This document shows, piece by piece, positions 25,410-37,530 of a stretch of DNA of 64,000 nt. A program made the translations under genes and the position numbers. How positions within the stretch are numbered: the first letter of the stretch is position 1; each line of letters opens with the position of its first letter. Location of the stretch: contig CM119268.1 in NCBI GenBank assembly GCA_051294375.1, positions 1,881,486 to 1,945,485 of the forward strand. The letters are read 5' to 3'. Under the pieces are notes generated by a model, which saw only the letters and a program-made list of their open reading frames with translations, did not search any database and was not told where the DNA came from. The stretch is from Paraspadella gotoi (lineage: Eukaryota > Animalia > Chaetognatha).

Positions 25410-26327
25410 ATGGGTTGCTGTTCGAGCGCTCTTCACCGCCTTTGCTGCCGCGGGGCCATGTGCACGAGCGAGGCCCAGATTCCCAGCAAGACGGTTGTCA
25501 TCACTGGTTGCAACACGGGGATCGGGTTGGAAACGGCCATCGATTTGGCCAAACGAGGCGGTCGTGTCATCATGGCCTGCCGGAGCGAAGAGCGCGCTTT
25601 GCCAGCGCTGGAACTTGTTAAAAAACGCAGCGCCAGCGAGAACGTTAAATTCATGAAGTTGGATTTGGCGTCGATGGCGTCCATCCGCGAATTTGCTGCC
25701 AAATTCGAAGAGGAAGAGGATCGTCTTGACATCCTCGTCAACAACGCCGGCGTCATGGCGTGTCCGCAGATGAAAACTGCGGACGGATTTGAGATGCAAA
25801 TGGGAACCAACCATTTGGGTCATTTTCTGCTCACCAATTTGCTCTTGGAAAAAATTAAAAAATGTGGCCCTGGGGGACGCATCGTCAATTTATCGAGCTT
25901 GGCGCACGAAAAAGGCGGCTCTATCGACCTGGACAACCTCATGATGGAAAGCAACTACGACGCTTGGCCGCAATATCGTCACTCCAAAATCGCCAACGTT
26001 CTTTTCACGAAAGAACTTGCCAAGCGTTTGGAGGGTTCTGGAGTCAACGTATACGCCGTACACCCGGGGGTCATTCCGACGGAATTGGCTCGTTACTTGC
26101 CCTCTTGGCAATTGACCTTGATGAAATGTCCTTGCATTTACGCCATATTCAAGACAGTGGAAGAAGGAGCTCAAACGTCGATTCATTGCGCTGTGAGCGA
26201 AGAGGCTGAGGACCAGACGGGCCTTTATTATGCCGATTGCAAGGTCAAGGAGCCAATCAATCGCGCCAAGGATGAAAAATTGGCCAAGGATTTGTGGGAA
26301 TTGAGTGAAAAGCTCGTTAATCTCTGA
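25410..26327 (+). CDS. Retinol dehydrogenase 11/12/13/14-like short-chain dehydrogenase, intronless
   Basis: TGCNTGIG, NNAG, NHLGHFLLT, YRHSK catalytic motif, VHPG, EGAQT. The MGCC N-terminus is a possible myristoylation/palmitoylation site. Confidence 0.93.
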   Translation: MGCCSSALHRLCCRGAMCTSEAQIPSKTVVITGCNTGIGLETAIDLAKRGGRVIMACRSEERALPALELVKKRSASENVKFMKLDLASMASIREFAAKFEEEEDRLDILVNNAGVMACPQMKTADGFEMQMGTNHLGHFLLTNLLLEKIKKCGPGGRIVNLSSLAHEKGGSIDLDNLMMESNYDAWPQYRHSKIANVLFTKELAKRLEGSGVNVYAVHPGVIPTELARYLPSWQLTLMKCPCIYAIFKTVEEGAQTSIHCAVSEEAEDQTGLYYADCKVKEPINRAKDEKLAKDLWELSEKLVNL

Positions 26328-26429
26328 AGGAAAAATCCCCCTTTTTTGTAGGATGTTAGGGTCTCAGGGAAACATTACTAAATACTAAAATTACAAACTT
26401 CCGTTAGTTTGAGGAATTGTTTAATACAT

Positions 26430-26680
26430 TGTGGCGGTATATTCACAGTGCCTCACATCCACCATCGTTCAGCCAATCCCATTGGCTCAGAGGGGGAACG
26501 CACCATCCCAAGCGTTGCATTCCATTGACAGTCCTAACGACTTCCCTCTGCGTTGGCAATGCGAGACCGTCTTAGAGTAACCTCGCCAGTGACAGGAGGC
26601 GTCACTGAGGGTCAGAATCCCCCAAAGCCAACAGATGCCTCATCCCAATGGGCATCACAGTCAACCCGGCTGTTGCCATA
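26430..26680 (+). mobile_element. Solo-LTR-like insertion (251 bp), second copy
   Basis: TGTGGCGG...TTGCCATA flanked by the direct repeat ACAT (26426-26429 and 26681-26684); homologous to 4127-4372. Confidence 0.75.
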
Positions 26681-27252
26681 ACATATTGATTTACAATTCT
26701 GTATTTTTGTTTATTACTGTTTATTTATTATTTTTTTGGATGCTTGTATTTTCTTCAACTTATTGACCCTGAATTGCAAGCTTTTTTATAAAATATTTTT
26801 TTTATTATTTTCTATGGCACTTGCATGCCAATGTTGCTTGTCGTTATGCCTATGTTTTTGTTTCATGGATTGTGTCCGAAAATGACAACATAAATAAGAA
26901 CAATGTTCTCGTAACTATGGAAATTGTAAAAAGAAATTAGTACGAGATATTTATACACTTTAAAGACTAAAAAAAAATTGAGAAAAAAAATTTATGTAAT
27001 TTATTTACCCTCTAACAGATATTGTGTAATTTGTGTAAAGATGTATTGCGTAATTTTGAATTCTTACTTTCTGAATATTTTTAACCCAAGTTTGGTTTTT
27101 GTTTGGGAGAAAAGGCTTTTATTTTTATCGTTAGTAGCCATATAGTACAAGAAACATTTTTAACTGTTAGTTGTATTGTTTTTAAACGTTTTTATACTAT
27201 TATAGTTATTGTTATATTTGGATACGAGATGTACACATGTAGTCGTAGCGAA

Positions 27253-27260
27253 TAAATGAA

Positions 27261-27299
<39 letters not shown>

Positions 27300-27301
27300 A
27301 T
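27253..27301. repeat. (TAAA)n microsatellite
   Basis: Visible tandem taaa run. Confidence 0.9.
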
Positions 27302-27390
27302 GCTCAAATAACTTTACTTTAGCAGATGGATGCCAGTCATTTTGCGGTCTTTTGACTTCAACGTACTTAACCTTACTTAACCTTCCCGCC

Positions 27391-28080
27391 ATGTACTTAA
27401 TCCTCATTGCGTCGATAATTCTATCGACATGCTCTCTCGACTCTCACTCTTTTCAACTCGACCTCATCGAAGATTTAGTCTCCCCGATTTCGTCGGAATG
27501 TTCGAGAAACGATTCCGAGGACTCCAGCCTGATCGACGACGACCTCCGCCATCTCGAGTCCAGCGTCGCCTCCGTCCAAATCCCCTTGGATCTTTTCAAA
27601 GGCGTCGACGCTTCCGTCTTTCTTCCTTTAGAAAAATTAGAGATCTTGGTGCAACAGGGCAGACAGACTTTGGGTCAAGATGACTCTTTCTCTAGCCTCT
27701 CGTCCAAGTTCAGTGGTTCAGCACCAGAGGTCTCGCGTCCACCATCCTTTTGCGCCGAATTGAGAGACGGCGAAGAAGCTGGAGACGGCGAAGAAGCTGG
27801 CGACGGCGAAGAAGCTGGCGACGGCGAAGAAGCTGGCGACGGCGAAGAAGCTGGCGACGGCGAAGAAGCTGGCGACGGCGAAGACGGAGGCGACGGCGAA
27901 GACGGCGGCGGAGAAGGCGACGGCGACGGTGACTATGAATCCGGAAAAACACGGAGACCCTACGGTGGCGAAGACCCGGATGAAAGTTCAAAGGGAGGAT
28001 GTTGCCCCTCCGGCTGTACTCTATCCGCTCGGTCGTCCGTAGGTGATGGTTCTAACTCTGGGCCGACACGTCGTCGATGA
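27391..28080 (+). CDS. Orphan acidic protein with signal-peptide-like N-terminus and (GDGEEA)n repeat
   Basis: ATG in GCCATG context; hydrophobic MYLILIASIILSTCS; GC-rich, coding-like composition in an AT-rich neighbourhood; no recognisable family. Confidence 0.5.
   Translation: MYLILIASIILSTCSLDSHSFQLDLIEDLVSPISSECSRNDSEDSSLIDDDLRHLESSVASVQIPLDLFKGVDASVFLPLEKLEILVQQGRQTLGQDDSFSSLSSKFSGSAPEVSRPPSFCAELRDGEEAGDGEEAGDGEEAGDGEEAGDGEEAGDGEEAGDGEDGGDGEDGGGEGDGDGDYESGKTRRPYGGEDPDESSKGGCCPSGCTLSARSSVGDGSNSGPTRRR
27766..27930 (+). repeat. 18-bp coding minisatellite (GACGGCGAAGAAGCTGGC)n
   Basis: About six near-perfect units followed by degenerate units. Confidence 0.9.
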
Positions 28081-28490
28081 AAAGATTGTTTTTCTTAAAT
28101 CTAGAGAAAGCATTATTTACTATTTGGTATTTGGCTCCACGGTAACGGAGACAAAAAAAACTAGTATAACAGCCTGGGAATTAATTATGCGATAAGATAA
28201 AAAATGATTGATCATTGGTTGTGATTTTTAAAGGGATGATGTTAAATATTTGGTATTACTTTTTCAATACGCTTTATGTGTGTTACGTTTTTTCCTGTGT
28301 GATAACGTTTTAATTGTTTAACTTTTTCCCCAACATAAATTTGTGGTTTCACTTTCAGTAGAAAGTTCGCTTTTTGTTTTAAAAATTTATCCCTCTCTAC
28401 TAAAGCATAGCAAAAAAAATATTGAAATTAAGGAGAATCAAAATTCGAATTATTTATAATTATTTATACATATTTTTACATAGTTCTCGC

Positions 28491-28936
28491 CATAGAAAAT
28501 GTCAAAATTTTAAAATGAGTTTTTCTTATTTTTGAAAGCAGATTCGAATTCCTCAAGAAAAGTTGATAAAAGGAGATTTAACTAAGTTATTAACATTTTA
28601 GAAAATTATTTCATTAAGTGGGTCAAAATCCTGAAAAAACTATTATAATTAACTTATAATTAAATTTGACTATAAAAAATATAGTTTTTTTAATTTTTTG
28701 CTAACGTAATGAAATAATTTTTGATTAAGACTTAGAACAAAGTTTTGAAGAGAGATTTAACAACGATTTTTATTTCATAGTGAAACGGACATGTTTCGAC
28801 TCACATACGAGTCTTCTTCAGCGCCAATTCAATTCAATTAAGACTTATATTTTCTTTTATTAACTTTTTATGAGGAATTCGAATCTTCTTTCAAAACTAA
28901 GAAAAAACTTTTTTTACAATTTTGACATTTTCTATG
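28491..28936. mobile_element. Non-autonomous element with about 90-bp imperfect terminal inverted repeats, enclosing a hammerhead ribozyme (Penelope-like pLTR remnant or MITE)
   Basis: The left arm CATAGAAAATGTCAAAATT..GATTCGAATTCCTCA..AAAAGTT is the reverse complement of the right arm AACTTTT..TGAGGAATTCGAATC..AATTTTGACATTTTCTATG. No clear TSD. Confidence 0.65.
28784..28825 (-). ncRNA. Minimal type I hammerhead ribozyme (Penelope/retrozyme type)
   Basis: Minus strand: GGCG-CUGAAGA-A-GACUC-GUAUGU-GAGUC-GAAA-CAU-GUC-CGUU. It has an intact catalytic core, a 5-bp stem II, a palindromic ACAUGU stem III, a GUC cleavage triplet and a 4-bp stem I (GGCG/CGUU). Confidence 0.8.
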
Positions 28937-29180
28937 TATAAATACGGGCTAATGCGAAAATTGAGAAATAAAAAAAAACAATTTTTTTTCTTTATCAATG
29001 TTCTCTAGTACAAAACTGATTCATGATCAACTATTCGAATTTTGATCGTCAACTTTCACTACGCCTTACTCTCTACACTGCTAATAATTATTGGTCGATT
29101 TATTTAATGAAGCGTTTTACATTTGGTTTAGTTTTCTTTCCAGATAAAAACCCAATCGAATTTATGGATATCCGGTGCCA

Positions 29181-32100
29181 ATGCCGTTTCTCTCGGCTCT
29201 CCTTCCGCGCGCTCTCTCCCCCGCGCGTTGTCACGTGACCGTCGACTTGGTCCGCTCGATCTTGACACGGTCCGCGCCCGACGGCGCCCTCTATTCCACC
29301 CGCTCTTCCCTCGTCCGCCTCCGCCCTTCTCACTTCCTTCGCCGTCACTCAATCCCTCTCATCGCTTTCCGCCTCCGTTCCACGATGGTGGCGTCGCAGC
29401 CGGAAGACGCCGGCGCCGTCGCCAGCGTCTGTTCCGACGTCGTCAAGCCGGAAAACGACGCCCGCCTTTTCCGCGCCCTTCAACTGGCGAATGGCATGAA
29501 GGTGCTGCTGATCAGTGACCCGGAGACTGACAAGTCGTCGGCGGCGCTCGACGTCCACGTCGGCCACCTTTGCGACCCTTGGGAATTGCCCGGCCTGGCT
29601 CACTTCTGCGAACACATGCTTTTTCTCGGGACGGAGAAATATCCCGAAGAAAACGAATACAACAAGTTTTTACAGGTTATTTCATTGGAGGGCAAATAAC
29701 CAAAGAGTCTATAATTGAAGATCAATATCCGTCCACGTGAATCCGATTTCCATTCGCGAGATTCTGCTTCCAACAATTTTCTCTCCGTTTAAAGTCATTT
29801 AAGTCATTAATTAAAATAGATGTTATTTCCTCGCAGGAACACGGAGGATCCTCGAACGCCTTCACCTCCGCGGAGCACACCAACTACTACTTCGACGTCT
29901 CCCCCGACGCCCTCGAACCCGCCCTCGATCGCTTCGCCCAGTTCTTCCTCACGCCTCTCTTCACCCCCAGCGCCACCACGAGGGAAGTTAACGCCGTCAA
30001 TTCGGAAAACGAGAAGAACCTGCAAAACGACGCCTGGCGACTGTTTCAATTGGAAAAGTCTACGGGCAAAGAGGGTCACGACTGGACCAAGTTCGGTACG
30101 GGCAACAAGCAGACCCTGGAGACGGACCCGGAATCCCGCGGCATCCAGGTCCACAAGGCCTTGCTCGAGTTTCACGCTCGCCACTACTCGGCCAACATCA
30201 TGGGCGTGGCCGTTTTGGGTAAAGAGTCACTGGACCAACTCCAGGAAATGATCGTCCGTCTCTTCGCCGGCGTCGAAAATAAAAACGTGGAGATCAAAGA
30301 GTGGACGGAACATCCTTACGGCGAAGACCAGGTCCGCGTCAAGGGCCTCATCGTGCCCGTCAAGGACATTCGCAACCTCAACATCACCTTCCCCATTCCC
30401 GACCTGCAACAGCACTGGAGATCCAGTCCGGGTCATTATCTGGGTCACCTCATCGGGCACGAGGGGCCGGGCTCGCTCTTGTCCGAGTTGAAGCGGAGGG
30501 GATGGGTCAACAACCTCATGGGAGGAGGGAAAGGTGAGGGAAACGTGGTTCGTACAAAATAGAAAGACTACCTGGACCACAATGTAAAAAAATAACAAAA
30601 ATTGTCCCTTTTGAAATTGGACAAGATAGATAGATAAGAAATATCAAAAACGGTATTTTTTTTATTAGTGATGGGGAAAGTCGAAATGGAATTTTGACTA
30701 ACGAAATATTTTGATTCGGGAAATACATAGCTTTTTCACAAGCGAAATTATGTATCTTTTGACGACCGGATTACATGTTAAGACTTCGTATGTTTTAAAT
30801 GTTAATGTTATAAATTCGCTTTACTTTCACCTTTTCCCAGGTGGCGCCAAGGGTTTCATGTTTTTCATAGTCAACGTGGATTTGACCGAAGAGGGAATCA
30901 ATCACGTGGACGACATCGTCACCCTTGTTTTCCAATACCTCAACATGCTGCGCCAGGCAGGCCCGCAGGAATGGGTCTTCGAGGAGTGCAAAAAGCTGGG
31001 CGAGTCTTTAAACGGAACCCTGTGCGGTTTTCTTTGTGAAAACGAGAGTTATCTTCTCCTTCGTTTACTGTATCGTTTTTTTCTCTCTCTCTCCCTCTTC
31101 CAGGCGAAATGAATTTTCGGTTCAAGGACAAAGAGAAGCCCCGGTCTCTGACGTCTTCCGTGGCGGGGTCCCTCTTCGACTATCCCTTCGAACACGTCAT
31201 ATCCGGCGGTTATCTCCTCCACGAGTTCCGCCCCGACCTCGTCGACGACATCATGTCCCGCCTGACGCCTGACAACGTTCGCCTGGCCGTCATCGCGCGC
31301 CGGTTCGATTCGGTCGCCGATTCGGTCGAGCCCTGGTATGGGACGCAGTTCACAGCGGCCAAGATCTCCGACGAGGCGTTGGACACTTGGCGCGGGGCGT
31401 CGACCGACGAGAGTCTCCGGTTACCGGATCAGAACGAGTTCATCCCGACCGAATTCGGGCTCGTCGCTGCCGAGGAGAACGAGGAGACGCTGCCCCGCGT
31501 CGTTTACAACAGCCCTTACGGCCGAATGTGGTACAAGCGGGACGACAAATTCCTTCTGCCCAAGGCCGCGCTCCACTTTGAGCTGCGGAGTCCGATGGCC
31601 TACGTCGATCCTCTCGCCGTCAACCTCAACTTCCTCTTCGTCAGTCTGTTCCAGGACGCGCTCAACGAGTGGACCTACGCCGCGGAGATCGCCGGCCTCG
31701 GCTACAGTCTCGAAAATTCCATTTACGGATTGTATTTGGGGATTAGCGGTGAGATTGACATTCACCTTGAAACATTCAGTAAATCCGTACTCTTCTTTAT
31801 GAAAAAAATTTTTTCTCGCCTTTTTCCAAGGCTACAACGACAAGCAGAACATCCTTTTGGACAAGCTCGTCCACAAGATGGTCAACTTCGACGTGGACCC
31901 GAAACGATACGAAATCCTCAAGGAAAAATACAAGCGCGCCTTGGAGAACTTCAAGGCGGACCAGCCGCATCAACACGCCATCTACTTTACCTCCGTCGTG
32001 ATGGCCGAGAAGATGTGGACCAAGGAGGAGTTGCTTAGCTCTCTCGAGTCGGAAGTCACCATCGATAAATTGCGAGCCTTCATTCCGCAGTTGCTCTCTC

Positions 32101-33522
32101 GAGTTTGGGTCGAGGGAATGTCGTACGGAAACATTTCTAGTCAAGGTAAGAAAGATTAAAGCTTCGTAGGAGAGTAATTTGTGAATCATTCCGATTTTCA
32201 TCGAGTCATTCTTTTTAAATTTCATATTGTCTGTGTTATATGTCTGCTATAACTTGAATTAAACCTCACCCCCATTTCATCATCAGACGCCATCAATCAG
32301 ATGAAAACGCTTACCGAGGTTCTCAAGTGCCAAGCGTCGACCAAGCCTCTACTTCCCGAACAGCGAGGCAAATTCCGGGAAGTGCAATTGCCCGACGCCT
32401 CATCCTTCGTCTACGAACGCGTCAACGAGGTTCACCCGACCTCGAGCCTCGAGATCTACTTGCAATGCGACCTGCAAGATACGCGCGCCAACGCCCTGCT
32501 CGAGCTCTTTTGTCAGATCATCAACGAACCCTGCTTCGACGTCCTGCGCACAAAGGAGCAGCTGGGTTATATCGTATTCAGCGGGGTGCGAAGATCCAAC
32601 GGCGTGCAGGGTAAGTTGTTTTCGAACAAGAAACCAGTTAACTAAATCTAGAAACTAATTTGAAAAAAAAAAAAAATTGTCGCCTCTCAGGACTCCGCGT
32701 GATCGTTCAGAGTGACCGATCTCCGGAATATGTCGACCAACGCGTGGAGGCGTTTTTGGCAAAGGCTGGCAGGGAGTTGGAGGACGGGACAGTGACGCAG
32801 GAACAGTTCGACAATCACGTCAAGGCGCTGGCAACGAGGAGGTTGGAGAAACCGAAGAAACTCTCCTCTCAAGCTTCGAAATGGTAATGACGACGGCTGC
32901 GTCGCTCTATTTTAATCCTGATGTTATCTTACTTTTTAAAATGATTTCTTAATAATTAATAATTTCTTAAAATGATTTGTTAATACCCGAGGTGGAGCGA
33001 GATCGTTTGTCAGCAGTACAACTTTGATCGCGACGTCGTGGAGACGGACTCTTTACGCACGTTGACGATGAACGACGTCCTCTGTTTCTACAAAACCTTC
33101 ATCGCCGTCGACGCTCCTCATCGCAAGAAGATGGCGACGCACGTCGTCAGCGCCAAGGGGCCCAAACCGGACAAAAAGGAGGAGAACGAGGAATCGGTGG
33201 GCACTGGGCAGGATTTGGGCAGGATTGCAATTAATAATGATAAATTAATAATTATCCTTTGAAAAATTTTCATAATGGGAAATACGGTGCTTGAAACAAA
33301 AAAAAATTGCCCGATTGTATCTCGACATATATTTTCCATGTTAACATGATAAATATATATTTTCGTTTTTCCATCCAGCCGTCGGATTTGTGCCCGGTGC
33401 CCAAGATGACGACAACGCCGACTCAAATATCGGATCCCGTGAAATTTAAATCGAACCTCGCTCTCTTTCCTCTCGTCAAGCCGTTCATCACACTTCCGCC
33501 CATTTGCGCGTGCGATGAGTGA
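29181..33522 (+). CDS. IDE: Insulin-degrading enzyme (M16A metallopeptidase), about 9 exons
   Basis: [31 protein letters not shown] (HxxEH), [27 protein letters not shown]. First ATG at 29181, second in-frame ATG at 29385. Confidence 0.96.
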
Positions 33523-34296
33523 GGAGATGTTCGATCCACGCGCTTTGTGTCCATTTGCTTTTGGGCATTCCTTTCCATTCCAAGTCACATCTGTTGAGGA
33601 AATACTTTTTTTTTAGCGTAAATCGAATGGCATGAATATTGAATAAGCATGGCTTCGGCATTTTCGGTTGTTTTTTTTTCCCCCCCCGTGTGAAGAGGGT
33701 CTTTCTAACAGTGGTAATGTTGGGGGTGGTTTCATGAAGAATCTTCGGTGGACGATGACGATGCTCCAACAGTAAAAAGGCCATATTAATAACTTTACAA
33801 TATCATATTGATGACCATTCGGGCTTAAGCCACAAGGATACTACTTTATAAAGAAGTCGCCATGGAAACTTTATGAACTAGCCCGTTCTTTTTTTCACGA
33901 AGCATAAACGGGCGAGGATCCACTGGCCAGTGTTTTTTTTTTTCTAAGTGCCAATTTACAGTGTTGTAATAAAATATGAAATTAGAAAGTCAAATTTTAT
34001 ACGCAATTTTATTATATTAAACTTTAGCGTCTGGTGTAATCTGGAAATAATTTTATTTAACGGTTGGCGTCATATAGTCAAATTTACTGTTAAAATTTTA
34101 TGGATCAAAGAATAAAAAGACTATTAACTATTAACGCACCTAATAAGATGAAGATCTCTGCCTTTTACGTCGTTTACGTCGTATAGTACAAATACCCTAA
34201 ACTACATAGCACAAAACTTCAATTAAATTGCCTTCTTGAAATTTTTTTTTCCAGATTTTAGTTGAGCATAAGAGTTGAAGAAACAAAACGTTGAAA

Positions 34297-37222
34297 ATGT
34301 CGTCTTCGTCCGCCTCGTCGTACAACTTTAAAAAATTGGCGGTCGTGCCGAGCGCCAAAGATTTTATCGATATCGTCTTGTCCAAGACTCAAAGAAAGAC
34401 GCCTACCGTCATTCACCCTTCATACGCCATCAGCAGAATTCGTTCTTTCTACATGCGGAAAGTAAGTTTCTACCTCCCCCCCACACTAAAAAGACCTGGT
34501 TAACGCCCTACTCCTTCCTCTCTCTCCCTATCCCAATCTGCTCCTCAATCTTTTTCATCAATTTTACACGTTTTATTTGTTTTCAGGTGAAGTTCACACA
34601 GCAAAACTATCACGACAAACTTACCCGAATCATCACGGAGTTCCCAAAGCTGGAGGACGTCCATCCTTTCTACGCCGACCTGATGAACGTGCTGTACGAT
34701 CGAGACCATTACAAGCTGGCCCTCGGACAGATCAACACCGTCCGACACATGGTCGACAACATCGCCAAGGACTACGTGCGCTTGCTCAAGTACGGCGACT
34801 CTTTGTATAGATGCAAGCAGTTGAAGAAGGCGGCTTTGGGTAGGATGTGCACCATGATGAAGAAGCAGGGGCCCAACCTGGCGTATCTTGAGCAGGTGAG
34901 TCACGGGAAAGGCATCGTTATTGTGACGTTAAAAGAAAAGAAAAAGAAAGGTGAATATTTCATTTTTTTTTTTTTTTTTCGTTTCCGCCACCAGGTTCGT
35001 CAGCATCTGTCTCGACTACCCTCTATCGATCCTAACACGAGGACCATCCTCATCACCGGATTTCCCAACGTCGGTAAATCTTCCTTCATCAACAAAATCA
35101 CGCGGGCCGACGTGGAGGTCCAACCTTACGCCTTCACGACCAAGAGTCTCTTTGTCGGCCACACAGACTACAGATACTTGAGATGGCAGGTAGGGAAACT
35201 ATGGCAGGTAGGGAAACAATGGCAGGTAGGGAAACGATGGCAGGTAGGAAAACGAAATTAACATAAAGAAATTGAGAGAATTGTATATTTTAAAAACGGT
35301 TTGCAGGTGGTCGACACTCCGGGGATATTAGATCATCCTCTGGAGGAACGGAACACGATTGAGATGCAGGCCATCACAGCTCTGGCCCATCTCCGCGCTA
35401 TCGTCCTCTACATCATGGACGTTTCGGAGCAGGTTCGTCTAAAGACTAAATTAAATTTAGTCGTTAATTAAAGATTTAATTAAATTTGACACGAAAGAAA
35501 ACATTTTAACTCGACAATCAGTGCGGCAACTCGGTGGAGGCGCAGTTCGCTCTCTTCAACAACATCAAACCGCTCTTCAGCAACAAACCCCTCGTCGTCG
35601 TCGTCAACAAGATCGACGTCAAGAAAGTGGAGGAATTGTCGGAGGAGCGAAAGGCTCTTTTCGACGAGTTGGCCAAGGCAATTGAGTTCTGTTCTTATCT
35701 TATCTTATCTCATCTTATCTCTTCAATTCATTTCACCACTCCCATTTTCAGGAGGGCATCCCCGTAATGTCCATGTCCACAGTGACGGAGGAGGGCGTGG
35801 CGGAAGTGAAGACGACGGCCTGCGATCGACTTCTCGCCCACAGGATCGAGACTAAAGTTAGAACGAAGAAGGTCAACGATGTCATGAACAGACTCACGGT
35901 CAGTTATTTTTCAAAAAAAAAAAAAAACTATAACAAACTGCTTCGATTTAGAGACGCACGAACTCTAAATTCTCTCTAAATCAGGTGGCGATGCCCAAGG
36001 CTCGCGACGACCTCTCCCGGGAGCCGTTCATTCCGGAATTGGCGCGAAAGAAACTCGAAGCCAAACGCCGTCTCATCGTCAAAAAGGAGGAGGAGGAGAA
36101 AGGGAGGAAGATGGAGGACGAGGAAGAGGAAGAAGGAATGGAGGTCGAGAGGAAGAAGACGGAGAGGGACATAGAGTTAGAGATGGGCGACGACTACACT
36201 TTGGATCTGAGAAAAGTCTGGGACCTCAAGGTTAGAAACAGAAATAGTTATGTCGTCCCGCTTTGATGACTCCATCTCTATCTTTCAAATCAATTTATAC
36301 CTAGAACCCCGAAGAAAAGTACGACGCGATTCCCGAGCTGTGGATGGGACACAACGTGGCTGACTTTGTGGATCCCGAGATTTTCAAGAAACTGGAAGAG
36401 TTGGAGAAGGAAGAGGCGATCAAAGAGGAGGCCGGGTTTTACAACAACGATTCCGGTAAGAAATTAGTTATCTCCTCGAATATTGTACGTAGAACTTTAT
36501 TTAAATTCAAAATTACACAAATTTCTCTTCCTTTTTTTCTCCCATTTTTTCCAAAAATGAAGAATCCGAGGACGAAGACTCTCGCGAGATTCGCCTCCTG
36601 GCGGCGCAGATCCGCGACAAGAAGAAGCTCATGCTTCAAGTCAACTCGGAGAAGCGTTCCGTCCGTAAGCCCCGCCTCCCGCGTGGCGCCCGACCCCGCT
36701 CCCAGTCCGAATTCCTGGGCGAGATGCGCGGGATGGGCATTGAGGTGGACGACGAGGCCGGGTCTCACTTCAAGAAACGCGCCAAGAGTCGGGGCCGCTC
36801 CCTCGTGCGCAAAGGACTCAAACGGAAGGCGGGCGAGGCGATGGAGGTTGACGGGGTGGCGTCGTCGTTGACGAGATCGAAATCCGCGCATCGATCCGCG
36901 TCGCATTTGTCGAGGACGAGGGATCAGTCGGGATTGAGGGACTCGTCGCAAGTGAGTCGCGCGGGAGGCAAATTTAGAAAATCCCAACAAAAGCGATTTA
37001 TGACGTTTTTTGTATGTATCATGTATATTTACTTTCGTTCATTTAACATCGTTTATTTTCTCTTTAAACCAGGTTTCCAAGGTCCGTCACATGATGAAAA
37101 AGTCGCAGGCGCCGCGAAACCGATTGGCGAAAAAGGGCGAGGCCGACCGCGCCATCCCGGCCAAGCGGCCCAAGCATCTCTTCGCCGGAAAGCGCGGGAA
37201 GGGATCCTCCAACAAGCGTTAA
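34297..37222 (+). CDS. GTPBP4: Nucleolar GTP-binding protein 1 (NOG1), about 10 exons
   Basis: [38 protein letters not shown]|[14 protein letters not shown]-terminal [12 protein letters not shown]. Confidence 0.96.
35183..35254 (+). repeat. 4 x 18-bp tandem repeat spanning a NOG1 exon/intron boundary
   Basis: ATGGCAGGTAGGGAAACN repeated four times; each unit contains CAG|GTAGG. Confidence 0.92.
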
Positions 37223-37530
37223 AAATAAAAGGCGGACGATGTCGATAAAGACTTTTGTGATGATGAGTTGTGATTTAGTCGACGACGGAGACGAACGACA
37301 TTCAATGTTGTTTTTTAAAAAGGTTTATCTCACCGATACGAACGGCGGGAAAACATATTTGAATTTTTTTTAATATAAAATTACAAGATTTTTCTGTTAA
37401 CTTTGTTGAATCATGGTTTTCTTTAAGGTTTTTCTCGTTTTTCTCTTTCCCTGTTCAGTTTTAAAATATTAGTGACAGAGAGAAATACAAACCGTCAAAG
37501 AAACAAAAAGACAAAAATACTGAACGAAAG

